Shown here: positions 57,014-64,000 of the stretch, piece after piece
Layout: every line of letters starts with the position of its first letter
How positions within the stretch are numbered: position 1 is the first letter of the stretch
NCBI GenBank assembly: GCA_021414085.1
Contig: JAIOPC010000011.1
Coordinates: 128,914 to 192,913 of the forward strand
Length of the DNA: 64,000 nt
Source: Actinomycetes bacterium
GTDB taxonomy: Bacteria; Actinomycetota; Acidimicrobiia; Acidimicrobiales; Ilumatobacteraceae
Direction: 5' to 3'
Program-made: the position numbers and the translations under genes
The notes under the pieces: generated by a model
Database searches by the model: none
The model's input: only the letters and a program-made list of their open reading frames with translations
Told to the model about the DNA's origin: nothing

Positions 57014-57730
57014 ATGACCGAACTGCTGTATCTGCGCGACGCGTACCTCACGAAGTTCGACGCACAAGTGGTTGCCGTGCGCGAGAACGCGTTGGCGCTC
57101 GACCGCACCGCGTTCTATCCCACCGGTGGCGGCCAGGCCAACGACACCGGCGTGCTTGCTGGTCGCCGGGTAACCGACGTGCGCAAGGAAGATGGCGAGG
57201 TGTGGCACACCGTGGAACCGGCGGCCGACGCCTCGCCGCTGCCCGAGGTAGGCGCAACCGTCGCTGGTGAGATTGATTGGGATCGTCGGCATCAGTTGAT
57301 GCGCACGCACACCGCGCTGCACGTGTTGTGCGGTGTGATCTGGAACGAGTGGAAGGTTCCCGTAACGGGCGGCAACATGGAGCCACTGTCGGCGCGGATG
57401 GACTTCGAGTTCGATCCGGTGCCGGAAGGTTTCGGACCGCGTATTGAAGAACTTGTCAATGCCGAACTCGCAGCCGACTACCCGATCGTTGTCGACTTCC
57501 TGCCGCGCGACACTGCCATCCACGATGCCGATCTCATCCGCACCAAGGTGAACATGATTCCCGAGGGCGTGCGCGAGATTCGTGTCGTCGACATCGTCGG
57601 CCTCGACAAGCAAGCCGATGGCGGCACGCACGTGCGCAGCACCAACGAAGTGGGTCGCATCCGCGTGACCAAGCTGGAGAACAAGGGCAAAGGCAACAAG
57701 CGCGTGCGGTTGGAAATCGTCGACGCCTGA
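57014..57730 (+). CDS. alaX: alanyl-tRNA editing protein AlaX-like (AlaRS second additional domain family)
   Basis: FYPTGGGQ, zinc motif HTALHVL, DGGTHV. Confidence 0.85.
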   Translation: MTELLYLRDAYLTKFDAQVVAVRENALALDRTAFYPTGGGQANDTGVLAGRRVTDVRKEDGEVWHTVEPAADASPLPEVGATVAGEIDWDRRHQLMRTHTALHVLCGVIWNEWKVPVTGGNMEPLSARMDFEFDPVPEGFGPRIEELVNAELAADYPIVVDFLPRDTAIHDADLIRTKVNMIPEGVREIRVVDIVGLDKQADGGTHVRSTNEVGRIRVTKLENKGKGNKRVRLEIVDA

Positions 57731-57784
57731 CGTTCGCTGTAGACGGTGCCGACACGCTCGAACGGTGATGTCTGAATCCCGCTA

Positions 57785-59281
57785 GTGAAGTGTCGGCGCG
57801 GCGGCCACAATGGTCACGTGCTTCCGCTCGACGACGACCAGTGCTACCGGGCCTGCCAGGGCAGAGACCCGCGGTTCGATGGCTGGTTCGTGACGGCGGT
57901 GCGCACCACCGGCATCTATTGCCGGCCGTCGTGCCCGGCGATCACACCCAAGCGTCAGAACGTCGAGTTCTTTCGTGCTGCCGCGACTGCGCAGGCGCAC
58001 GGCTACCGAGCGTGCAAACGGTGCCGCCCTGACGCTTCTCCCGGGTCACCGGAGTGGAACAGTCGTGCCGACGTTGTCGGGCGAGCGATGCGTTTGATCG
58101 CGGACGGGCTCGTCGATCGTGAGGGCGTCGGCGCACTCGCAGCTCGATTGGGATACAGCGATAGACAAGTGCATCGGCTGCTGGTCGCCGAAGTGGGGTC
58201 CGGCCCGCTTGCACTTGCTCGAGCTCAGCGTGCGCAAACGGCGCGCATCCTGATCGAGACGACGGCGCTTCCGATTACGGAAGTCGCGTTCGCTGCAGGC
58301 TTTCAGAGCGTTCGACAATTCAACGACACAGTGCGCGAGGTGTACGCGGCATCACCCACCGACATGCGCTTGGCGAAGGCGCCAAAGTCGCCGTCTCGGG
58401 TCGCGGGGGAACCCGTAACTAGGGGACCGTTGACTGTGCGTCTTGCGTGCCGCGAACCATTCGATGGCGATGCGCTGTTCGGGTTTCTTGGCATGCGAGC
58501 GGTGCCCGGTGTGGAGAGCGTCGAAGGTGAGACCTATCGCCGTTCGCTGCGCCTGTCGCGCGGCAACGGTGTGATCTCCGTGACGCTGACGGGCGCGACT
58601 GTCTCATGCGCGATGACCTTGGACGATGTCGCCGATGTGCAGTCGGCAGTGCAAAGAACGCGCCGACTGTTTGATCTTGATTGCGACCCGGCGCTGATTC
58701 GGGAACACCTGTCGGCCGATCCATTGCTCGCGCCACTTGTCGAGAAGCGCCCTGGTCTGCGCGCTCCCGGCCATCCCGACGGGACCGAGTTGTTGGTGCG
58801 GGCGGTGCTCGGCCAGCAGGTCAGCGTTGCCGGCGCCCGCACCCTCGCAGCGCGCATTGTCGCAGCGCATGGCGAACCATTGGCCGAGCCGGTCGGCGCG
58901 ATTACGCACGTCTTTCCTTCAGCCGCAACGATCGCTGGCCTGAGCCCGGAAGACTTCGCCATGCCGCGGGCTCGCGGGGCCGCGCTGATCGAGGCATGCG
59001 CCAAAGTTGCGGATGGGTCGATTGTGCTTGACGCTGGCAGCGATCGGGCCGAAGCCACCGCTGCGCTGCAGAACCTGCGTGGCATCGGTCCGTGGACTGC
59101 GGGCTACGTCGCGATGCGCGCACTCGGCGATCCCGATGTGTTTCTGCCGAGCGATCTGGGGGTGCGGCATGCCCTCGAAGCGCTCGGCGCCGAATCCTCG
59201 CCAGCCGCCGCTGCACAGCGCGCCGAAGCGTGGCGACCCTGGCGTACGTACGCGCTGCACCATTTATGGGCAAGCTTGTGA
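57785..59281 (+). CDS. alkA: Ada N-terminal Zn domain / AraC HTH / AlkA DNA-3-methyladenine glycosylase II fusion
   Basis: GIYCRPSCP...CKRC (Ada Zn). AraC-type HTH (ITEVAFAAGFQSVRQFN). HhH-GPD region (LRGIGPWTAGYVAMRALGDPD). Start is 57785 or the GTG at 57818. Confidence 0.88.
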   Translation: MKCRRGGHNGHVLPLDDDQCYRACQGRDPRFDGWFVTAVRTTGIYCRPSCPAITPKRQNVEFFRAAATAQAHGYRACKRCRPDASPGSPEWNSRADVVGRAMRLIADGLVDREGVGALAARLGYSDRQVHRLLVAEVGSGPLALARAQRAQTARILIETTALPITEVAFAAGFQSVRQFNDTVREVYAASPTDMRLAKAPKSPSRVAGEPVTRGPLTVRLACREPFDGDALFGFLGMRAVPGVESVEGETYRRSLRLSRGNGVISVTLTGATVSCAMTLDDVADVQSAVQRTRRLFDLDCDPALIREHLSADPLLAPLVEKRPGLRAPGHPDGTELLVRAVLGQQVSVAGARTLAARIVAAHGEPLAEPVGAITHVFPSAATIAGLSPEDFAMPRARGAALIEACAKVADGSIVLDAGSDRAEATAALQNLRGIGPWTAGYVAMRALGDPDVFLPSDLGVRHALEALGAESSPAAAAQRAEAWRPWRTYALHHLWASL

Positions 59282-59292
59282 AGGAGAGAATC

Positions 59293-59853
59293 ATGAACCG
59301 CACCGAATCCACCATGCCGCCGCTTGGCGACACGACTGAACTGTCGCGACTGGTCGTCGCCAGCCCGGTCGGAGACCTGACGCTGATCGCCAGCCCTCAG
59401 GGTCTGCGCGCTGTGCTGTGGCCCAACGAGTTTGTCGCGTTGCGCGACGACGATGCCGAGTTCGTGCCGCTCGCGCCGGAGGGCAGCGCGGGCGCTGTCG
59501 CAGTTTTGGAACAGGCGCGCCGCGAGCTCGCGGAGTACTTCGCCGGCGATCGACGCCAGTTCGACGTGCCGCTCGATCCGGTCGGCACGAAGTTTCAACT
59601 CGCTGCGTGGCTGGAGCTGCGCCGAATCCCGTTCGGTTCGACGATCTCCTACGGCGAGCAGGCTCGTCGACTGGGCGACGTGCGCAAGTCGCGCGCAGTT
59701 GGCGCAGCGAACGGTCGCAACCCGATCAGCATCATCGTGCCCTGTCATCGCGTAGTCGGCAGCAACGGCAAGCTGGTCGGCTTCGCTGCTGGCCTCGACG
59801 CCAAGGCCTGGCTGCTACACCACGAACAAGGAAAACTCACCCTGCTCGACTGA
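59293..59853 (+). CDS. ogt: methylated-DNA--protein-cysteine methyltransferase
   Basis: Active site IIVPCHRVVG. AAGGAGAG RBS upstream of the ATG at 59293. Confidence 0.92.
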   Translation: MNRTESTMPPLGDTTELSRLVVASPVGDLTLIASPQGLRAVLWPNEFVALRDDDAEFVPLAPEGSAGAVAVLEQARRELAEYFAGDRRQFDVPLDPVGTKFQLAAWLELRRIPFGSTISYGEQARRLGDVRKSRAVGAANGRNPISIIVPCHRVVGSNGKLVGFAAGLDAKAWLLHHEQGKLTLLD

Positions 59854-59889
59854 CATCCAACCGGGGGTTTGCTGCCGCGCGGCATTCGT

Positions 59890-59927
59890 CGGGGGTTTCC
59901 TGCGTGCTGGCGGGCACGAAACCCCCG
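59890..59927. terminator. stem-loop between convergent ogt and hypothetical gene (possible bidirectional terminator)
   Basis: CGGGGGTTTC ... GAAACCCCCG forms a 10-bp stem around an 18-nt loop that holds an inner GTGC/GCAC stem. An extra CGGGGGTTT copy lies at 59862-59870. No U tract. Confidence 0.4.
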
Positions 59928-59959
59928 AGCCTCCAGTCGGAGCTGCAACCAAGTGGCTG

Positions 59960-60562
59960 CTAGCGGTGCTTGGCCTTTAGCTGCTGTTCGCGGCGGGCTC
60001 TGGCTTCGGCTTGCTTGCGCTCTTTGGCGGCCTTGCGCTTCGCCTTCACTTCTTCGTCGGCGGTGCGTGCTGGCAGCGCGGCGATGGGCGCGAACTCGAC
60101 GGGCGGCAGCGCCAACTTCTTGTCGTGCTTCAGTAAACGAGCAAGCATCTCGCTGGCCGGGGCTTCGCCGGCGATCGACGATGCGATCATCAACCGTGTC
60201 GACGGCAGACCGAACTCTTTGATCAGCTTGGGCGTGACCTTCAGCAGTTGATCCTCGGTTGGAAACTCCGCATCGTCGCCGAGCAGTTCGATGCACTTCT
60301 CGAGGCACGGATCGCACACCAGCGTGGAGATTGTTTCCAGCTCGCCGCTCATCCGACCGCGCGCGGCGGTGGCCCGAACGGCGATGTTGCGTGCTGCGAC
60401 GTCGGTGAAGCCGCCTTCGCGGGCGCCGCACAGCTCATCGAGTGCGGTGACGTGATCTTCGGGCAATGTGGCAACGATCGCAGCAAGTTCCTCGTCGGTG
60501 ATGGCGGCGAACGCGCGGTCGAGCAACGTCAGGGCGTGTAGGCGGTTCTTCAACTGGCTCAT
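59960..60562 (-). CDS. hypothetical protein with Lys/Arg-rich C-terminal helix
   Basis: 200 aa. No domain recognised. C-terminus EEVKAKRKAAKERKQAEARARREQQLKAKHR. Confidence 0.55.
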   Translation of the reverse strand: MSQLKNRLHALTLLDRAFAAITDEELAAIVATLPEDHVTALDELCGAREGGFTDVAARNIAVRATAARGRMSGELETISTLVCDPCLEKCIELLGDDAEFPTEDQLLKVTPKLIKEFGLPSTRLMIASSIAGEAPASEMLARLLKHDKKLALPPVEFAPIAALPARTADEEVKAKRKAAKERKQAEARARREQQLKAKHR

Positions 60563-60586
60563 TGGGCAGCCAGGCTATCGGCGGGC

Positions 60587-61774
60587 CTACCAAACAGCGG
60601 GGAGGGTGGTCGGTGCGCGGAACTCCCAGCCGACGAACTCCGGCACGAACCCGTCCGGAAAGCGCACCTGGGGAATGCGTTCCAACAACACCTCGAACGC
60701 GATTCGAATCTGATGGCGCGCGAACCAATGGCCGGTGCAGTAATGGCTTCCGAATCCGAAGGCAGCGGTTTCGTTCTCTGTTCGAAACAGATTGAACTCG
60801 TCGGGGTTCGAGAACTTCGTTTCGTCACGACAAGCCGAACCCACAACTGCAGCAACCGCATCGCCGCGCGGAATGACCGCCCCGGAGACCTCTACGTCGA
60901 CCGTCGCCTGTCGGGTCTGCGTACCGATCGGGGCGATCCAGCGCAGACCTTCATCGACCGCCTTCATCACGAGTTGGTTGTCAGCGCGAACAGCGGCCCA
61001 CTGCTCGGCGTGGGTGAGCAGACCGGCGAGCACGGAGCCGGCGCCGTGGCCGGGCTCTTGCATGCCGCCTAACAGAGTGACCAGCACGGTCGGCATCAGG
61101 AAGTCCGGCGCGCGTGTTGATCCGTCGGGCATGCCGGCGTGCAGCATCTGGGCAAGCGCGCACTCGTCGGGTTGCGCCGTGAACCGGGCGAACAGATCGC
61201 GAGAGAGTCCACGGATCTCGTTGGCCGTCGCATCACCCGCGGCCTGCTTCGTAGGGTCGAGCTCGAAGTTCGTGGCGCCGAGCGAGAGTCCCCGAAACCA
61301 GCCGCGCAGTGTGGGCACGTCGACATCGGCGAAACCCATCGAGCGCGCAAGTGAAAGGGCCGAAATCGGCTCGAAGTACTCGGTCAGCAGATCCGCGCTT
61401 CCCGCCGCCACTATCTCGTCGAGCGCGGCGTTGGCGATTGGGCGTACCAGGTCGTCGATGTACTCGTTCACGCGCGCTGGCCGGTACTTGGGGTCGGTGG
61501 CCTTGCGCAGTTCGCGATGCACTTGCCCGTCGGTGGTGATGATGGTCGGCTGTCCGAAGCAACGGTCGACCGGCGACGATTCGACGACGGCAGTGAACGT
61601 TTCTTCATCCGTTGTGACTCGGTGAACGTCGTCCCACCGCGTGACCATCCAAAGGTTCACGGCCGGTACCCACGCGACGGGCTGCGTTGCGCGCATGCGG
61701 GCGTAAAGCGGATACGGGTCTCGGTCGAGGTCGGCGACTGTGACGCCTTCGATCGATGGTGTGCGCTGCGCCAT
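60587..61774 (-). CDS. cytochrome P450
   Basis: Heme-binding loop FGFGSHYCTGHWFA, ExxR motif and I-helix GGMQEPG. Confidence 0.9.
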   Translation of the reverse strand: MAQRTPSIEGVTVADLDRDPYPLYARMRATQPVAWVPAVNLWMVTRWDDVHRVTTDEETFTAVVESSPVDRCFGQPTIITTDGQVHRELRKATDPKYRPARVNEYIDDLVRPIANAALDEIVAAGSADLLTEYFEPISALSLARSMGFADVDVPTLRGWFRGLSLGATNFELDPTKQAAGDATANEIRGLSRDLFARFTAQPDECALAQMLHAGMPDGSTRAPDFLMPTVLVTLLGGMQEPGHGAGSVLAGLLTHAEQWAAVRADNQLVMKAVDEGLRWIAPIGTQTRQATVDVEVSGAVIPRGDAVAAVVGSACRDETKFSNPDEFNLFRTENETAAFGFGSHYCTGHWFARHQIRIAFEVLLERIPQVRFPDGFVPEFVGWEFRAPTTLPAVW

Positions 61775-61784
61775 GGCGGCGAGG

Positions 61785-64000
61785 CTAATTGTCGGGCGGT
61801 AGCAGCTGTTGCAGGAAGTCGACCAGGAACTGCGCGGGCTCGGTGTTGCGCGGCAGTGGCACGACGATTTGTTGTTGCTCGGGCTTGTGCAGCGCGTCGC
61901 GATTCAGCCGGCGTAGCCGCATCTCTTCGCTGACCTTCAGTTCAAGCGGCCCGAGTCGCGCGTAGGTGCCGATGATCTGCACGTCCTTCAATCCGACTCG
62001 ATGACACTCAGCGCGCAACGAGCCGACCGCGAGCAACGCCTGCGCCGGTGCCGGCACCTTGCCGTAACGGTCTTCCCACTCGGCACGAATGTCGTCGACC
62101 TCGGCCTTAGTGGTGACTGACGCCAATCGGCGATAGGCCTCGAGCCGCAACTCTTCCTTGGCGACGTAATCGGTCGGCAAGTACGCGTCGGTGGGAACGT
62201 CGAGCTTCAGTTCGCTCGGTTCCTTCGGTGTCTCACCCTTCATCTCGCCGACTGCTTCGGTGACCATCTGGCAGTACAGGTCGTAGCCAACGGCTGCGAT
62301 GTGGCCACTCTGCGATTCGCCAAGCAAGTTGCCGGCGCCACGGATTTCAAGGTCGCGCATCGCGATCTTGAAACCGCTGCCCAGCTCGGTGGCTTCGCCG
62401 ATCGTGCGCAGCCGTTCGTATGCCTCTTCGCTGAGGCGGGCTTCCTCGGGATGGAAGAGATACGCGTACGCACGCGATCCACTGCGCCCGACCCGACCAC
62501 GGAGTTGGTGCATCTGGCCCAGCCCCAGCAGATCGGCACGCTCGACGACCAACGTGTTCACCGTCGGCATGTCGATTCCGCTCTCGATGATGGTTGTGCA
62601 GACGAGTACGTCGTAGCGACCTTCCCAGAAGTCGACGACGATCTGCTCGAGCGAACCCTCATCCATCTGGCCATGCGCAATCGCGATTCGTGCCTCAGGA
62701 ACCAACTCACGCAGTTTGGCGGCCGCCAACTCGATCGTCTGCACGCGGTTATGCACCCAAAACACTTGGCCCTCACGCAAGAGCTCGCGTCGGATCGCTT
62801 CGACTGCCACTCGTTCGTCCCAACCGCCGACGTACGTGAGGATCGGCTGCCGATCGGCAGGAGGGGTCTGCAGCAGCGACATGTCGCGGATGCCGACCAA
62901 GCTCATCTCGAGCGTGCGCGGGATTGGAGTCGCCGTCAGCGTCAGCACGTCGACGTTGTGCTTCAGCTTCTTCATCGTCTCCTTGGCCTGCACGCCGAAG
63001 CGCTGCTCTTCGTCCACTACCAGCAAGCCGAGATCCTTGAAGACGACGCCGTCCTGCAGCAGTCGGTGCGTACCGATCACGCAATCGACCTCGCCGGTCT
63101 TTAAACCTTCGATCACTGCCTTTGCTTCCTTGGCGGTGAGGAAGCGGCTCAGCACCTCGACCCGAATCGGGTAGCCAGCGAAACGATCGGCGAACGTGTT
63201 GCCGTGTTGCGTCGCCAGCAACGTTGTGGGCGCCAACACGGCGACCTGTTTGCCATCCTGAATCGCCTTGAAGGCGGCGCGGATGGCGACTTCGGTCTTG
63301 CCGAAGCCAACATCGCCGCACACCAACCGATCCATCGGGTACGCCCGCTCCATATCGACCTTGACCTCGTCGATCGCCTTGCGCTGATCCGGTGTCTCGA
63401 CGAACGGGAACGCTTGCTCCATCTCGTGCTGCCACGGAGTGTCCATGCCGAACGCGTGCCCCACCGCGTTCACTCGCTTCTGGTACAGCACCACCAACTC
63501 GTGCGCGATCTCACGCACGGCGCTGCGCACGCGGCCCTTCGCCTTCGCGAAGTCGCTGCCACCCAAGCGATGCAGCGACGGCGTCTCGCCGCCGACATAT
63601 TGCCGCAGCGCGTCGATTTGATCGCTCGGCACATACAGCTTGTCGCCGCCCTTGTAGTTGAGCAGCAGGTAGTCGCGCTCGGTGCCGCCGATCGAGCGCT
63701 TGACCATGCCTTGGTACTGGCCGACGCCGTGTTGGTAGTGCACGACGTAGTTGCCGGGCTTGAGGTCTTCGAACAGTCCGGTGCCTTGGCGCTTGCGTGG
63801 CCGCGGCCGACGGTGTGTCCGCCGTCGGCCGGTGAGGTCGGCCTCGGCGATGATGGCGAGCTTCGCGAGCGGGACATTGCAGCCGCGGTGAATTGGCGCG
63901 GTGACTACGTAACCGCCCGGGCGAGTGAGGTGTTTGGTGATCGAGGCTTCCGACTCGAGCACTGCGAACGACAGGCCGCGATCGAGAAGCAGGCTCGCCA
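61785..64000 (-). CDS. mfd: transcription-repair coupling factor Mfd (C-terminal about 740 aa; 5' end outside window)
   Basis: RNAP-interaction domain (GNYVVHYQHGVGQY). SF2 helicase motifs (GDVGFGKTEVA, DEEQRFG, TATPIPRT, QLRGRVGR). The reading frame stays open to position 64000. Confidence 0.93.
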   Translation of the reverse strand, partial: ASLLLDRGLSFAVLESEASITKHLTRPGGYVVTAPIHRGCNVPLAKLAIIAEADLTGRRRTHRRPRPRKRQGTGLFEDLKPGNYVVHYQHGVGQYQGMVKRSIGGTERDYLLLNYKGGDKLYVPSDQIDALRQYVGGETPSLHRLGGSDFAKAKGRVRSAVREIAHELVVLYQKRVNAVGHAFGMDTPWQHEMEQAFPFVETPDQRKAIDEVKVDMERAYPMDRLVCGDVGFGKTEVAIRAAFKAIQDGKQVAVLAPTTLLATQHGNTFADRFAGYPIRVEVLSRFLTAKEAKAVIEGLKTGEVDCVIGTHRLLQDGVVFKDLGLLVVDEEQRFGVQAKETMKKLKHNVDVLTLTATPIPRTLEMSLVGIRDMSLLQTPPADRQPILTYVGGWDERVAVEAIRRELLREGQVFWVHNRVQTIELAAAKLRELVPEARIAIAHGQMDEGSLEQIVVDFWEGRYDVLVCTTIIESGIDMPTVNTLVVERADLLGLGQMHQLRGRVGRSGSRAYAYLFHPEEARLSEEAYERLRTIGEATELGSGFKIAMRDLEIRGAGNLLGESQSGHIAAVGYDLYCQMVTEAVGEMKGETPKEPSELKLDVPTDAYLPTDYVAKEELRLEAYRRLASVTTKAEVDDIRAEWEDRYGKVPAPAQALLAVGSLRAECHRVGLKDVQIIGTYARLGPLELKVSEEMRLRRLNRDALHKPEQQQIVVPLPRNTEPAQFLVDFLQQLLPPDN

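Noticed and set aside
1-64000. tRNA, rRNA, riboswitch, IS element, integrase or prophage signatures
   Set aside because: Only four intergenic regions exceed 140 nt (about 9196-9412, 19864-20007, 20826-21023, 24393-24563). None shows tRNA T-arm or acceptor features or a riboswitch core I recognise. No transposase or integrase-like ORF and no long terminal repeats were seen. This was judged by eye only and would need tRNAscan, Infernal and ISfinder to be definitive.

Overview
High-GC actinobacterial chromosomal window. The lineage call rests on two WhiB-family regulators, a SigK/RskA-type ECF pair, an Ada-AlkA fusion followed by Ogt, and many starts with leaderless geometry. I call about 61 protein genes, densely packed and often translationally coupled. 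I found no rRNA, tRNA, CRISPR array, transposase or integrase by eye.

Core content: mdh; deoD plus an Fpg-like glycosylase; H+-pyrophosphatase; sdhCAB (b558 type); a GH2 glycosidase; polyphosphate kinase; a seven-gene pstSCAB-phoU-senX3-regX3 phosphate block with PHO-box repeats; a peptide-uptake and peptidase island; tryptophan-related oxidases; deoA/deoC with two ALDH-family genes; alaX; ada-alkA/ogt; a P450; and the 3' part of mfd, which runs off the window.

Most interesting observations:
1. The 73-bp sigK/cupredoxin divergent gap holds two mirror-image ATCC-N16-CGAAC-N7-ATG elements. They predict leaderless, sigma-dependent expression of sigK-rskA and of an amicyanin-like / ferritin-like / ferritin-like operon.
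2. A ChlI-like AAA+ gene and a ChlD-like VWA gene are split by an NTF2-like gene and a minimal class III cyclase. The cyclase promoter carries a perfect TGTGA-N6-TCACA palindrome, and a related palindrome sits on the whiB promoter just downstream.
3. An apparent FNT channel - SGNH lipoprotein - FrhB-like FeS/flavoprotein - tryptophan 2,3-dioxygenase operon lies convergent with an MSOX/MTOX-family oxidase.
4. An ALDH paralogue lacking the catalytic domain is translationally coupled to a full-length ALDH.

CDS coordinates follow the supplied ORF track with start codons refined by me. Coordinates of non-coding motifs were hand-counted and may be off by 1-2 nt. All functional calls come from motif recognition by eye. 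No database search was run.
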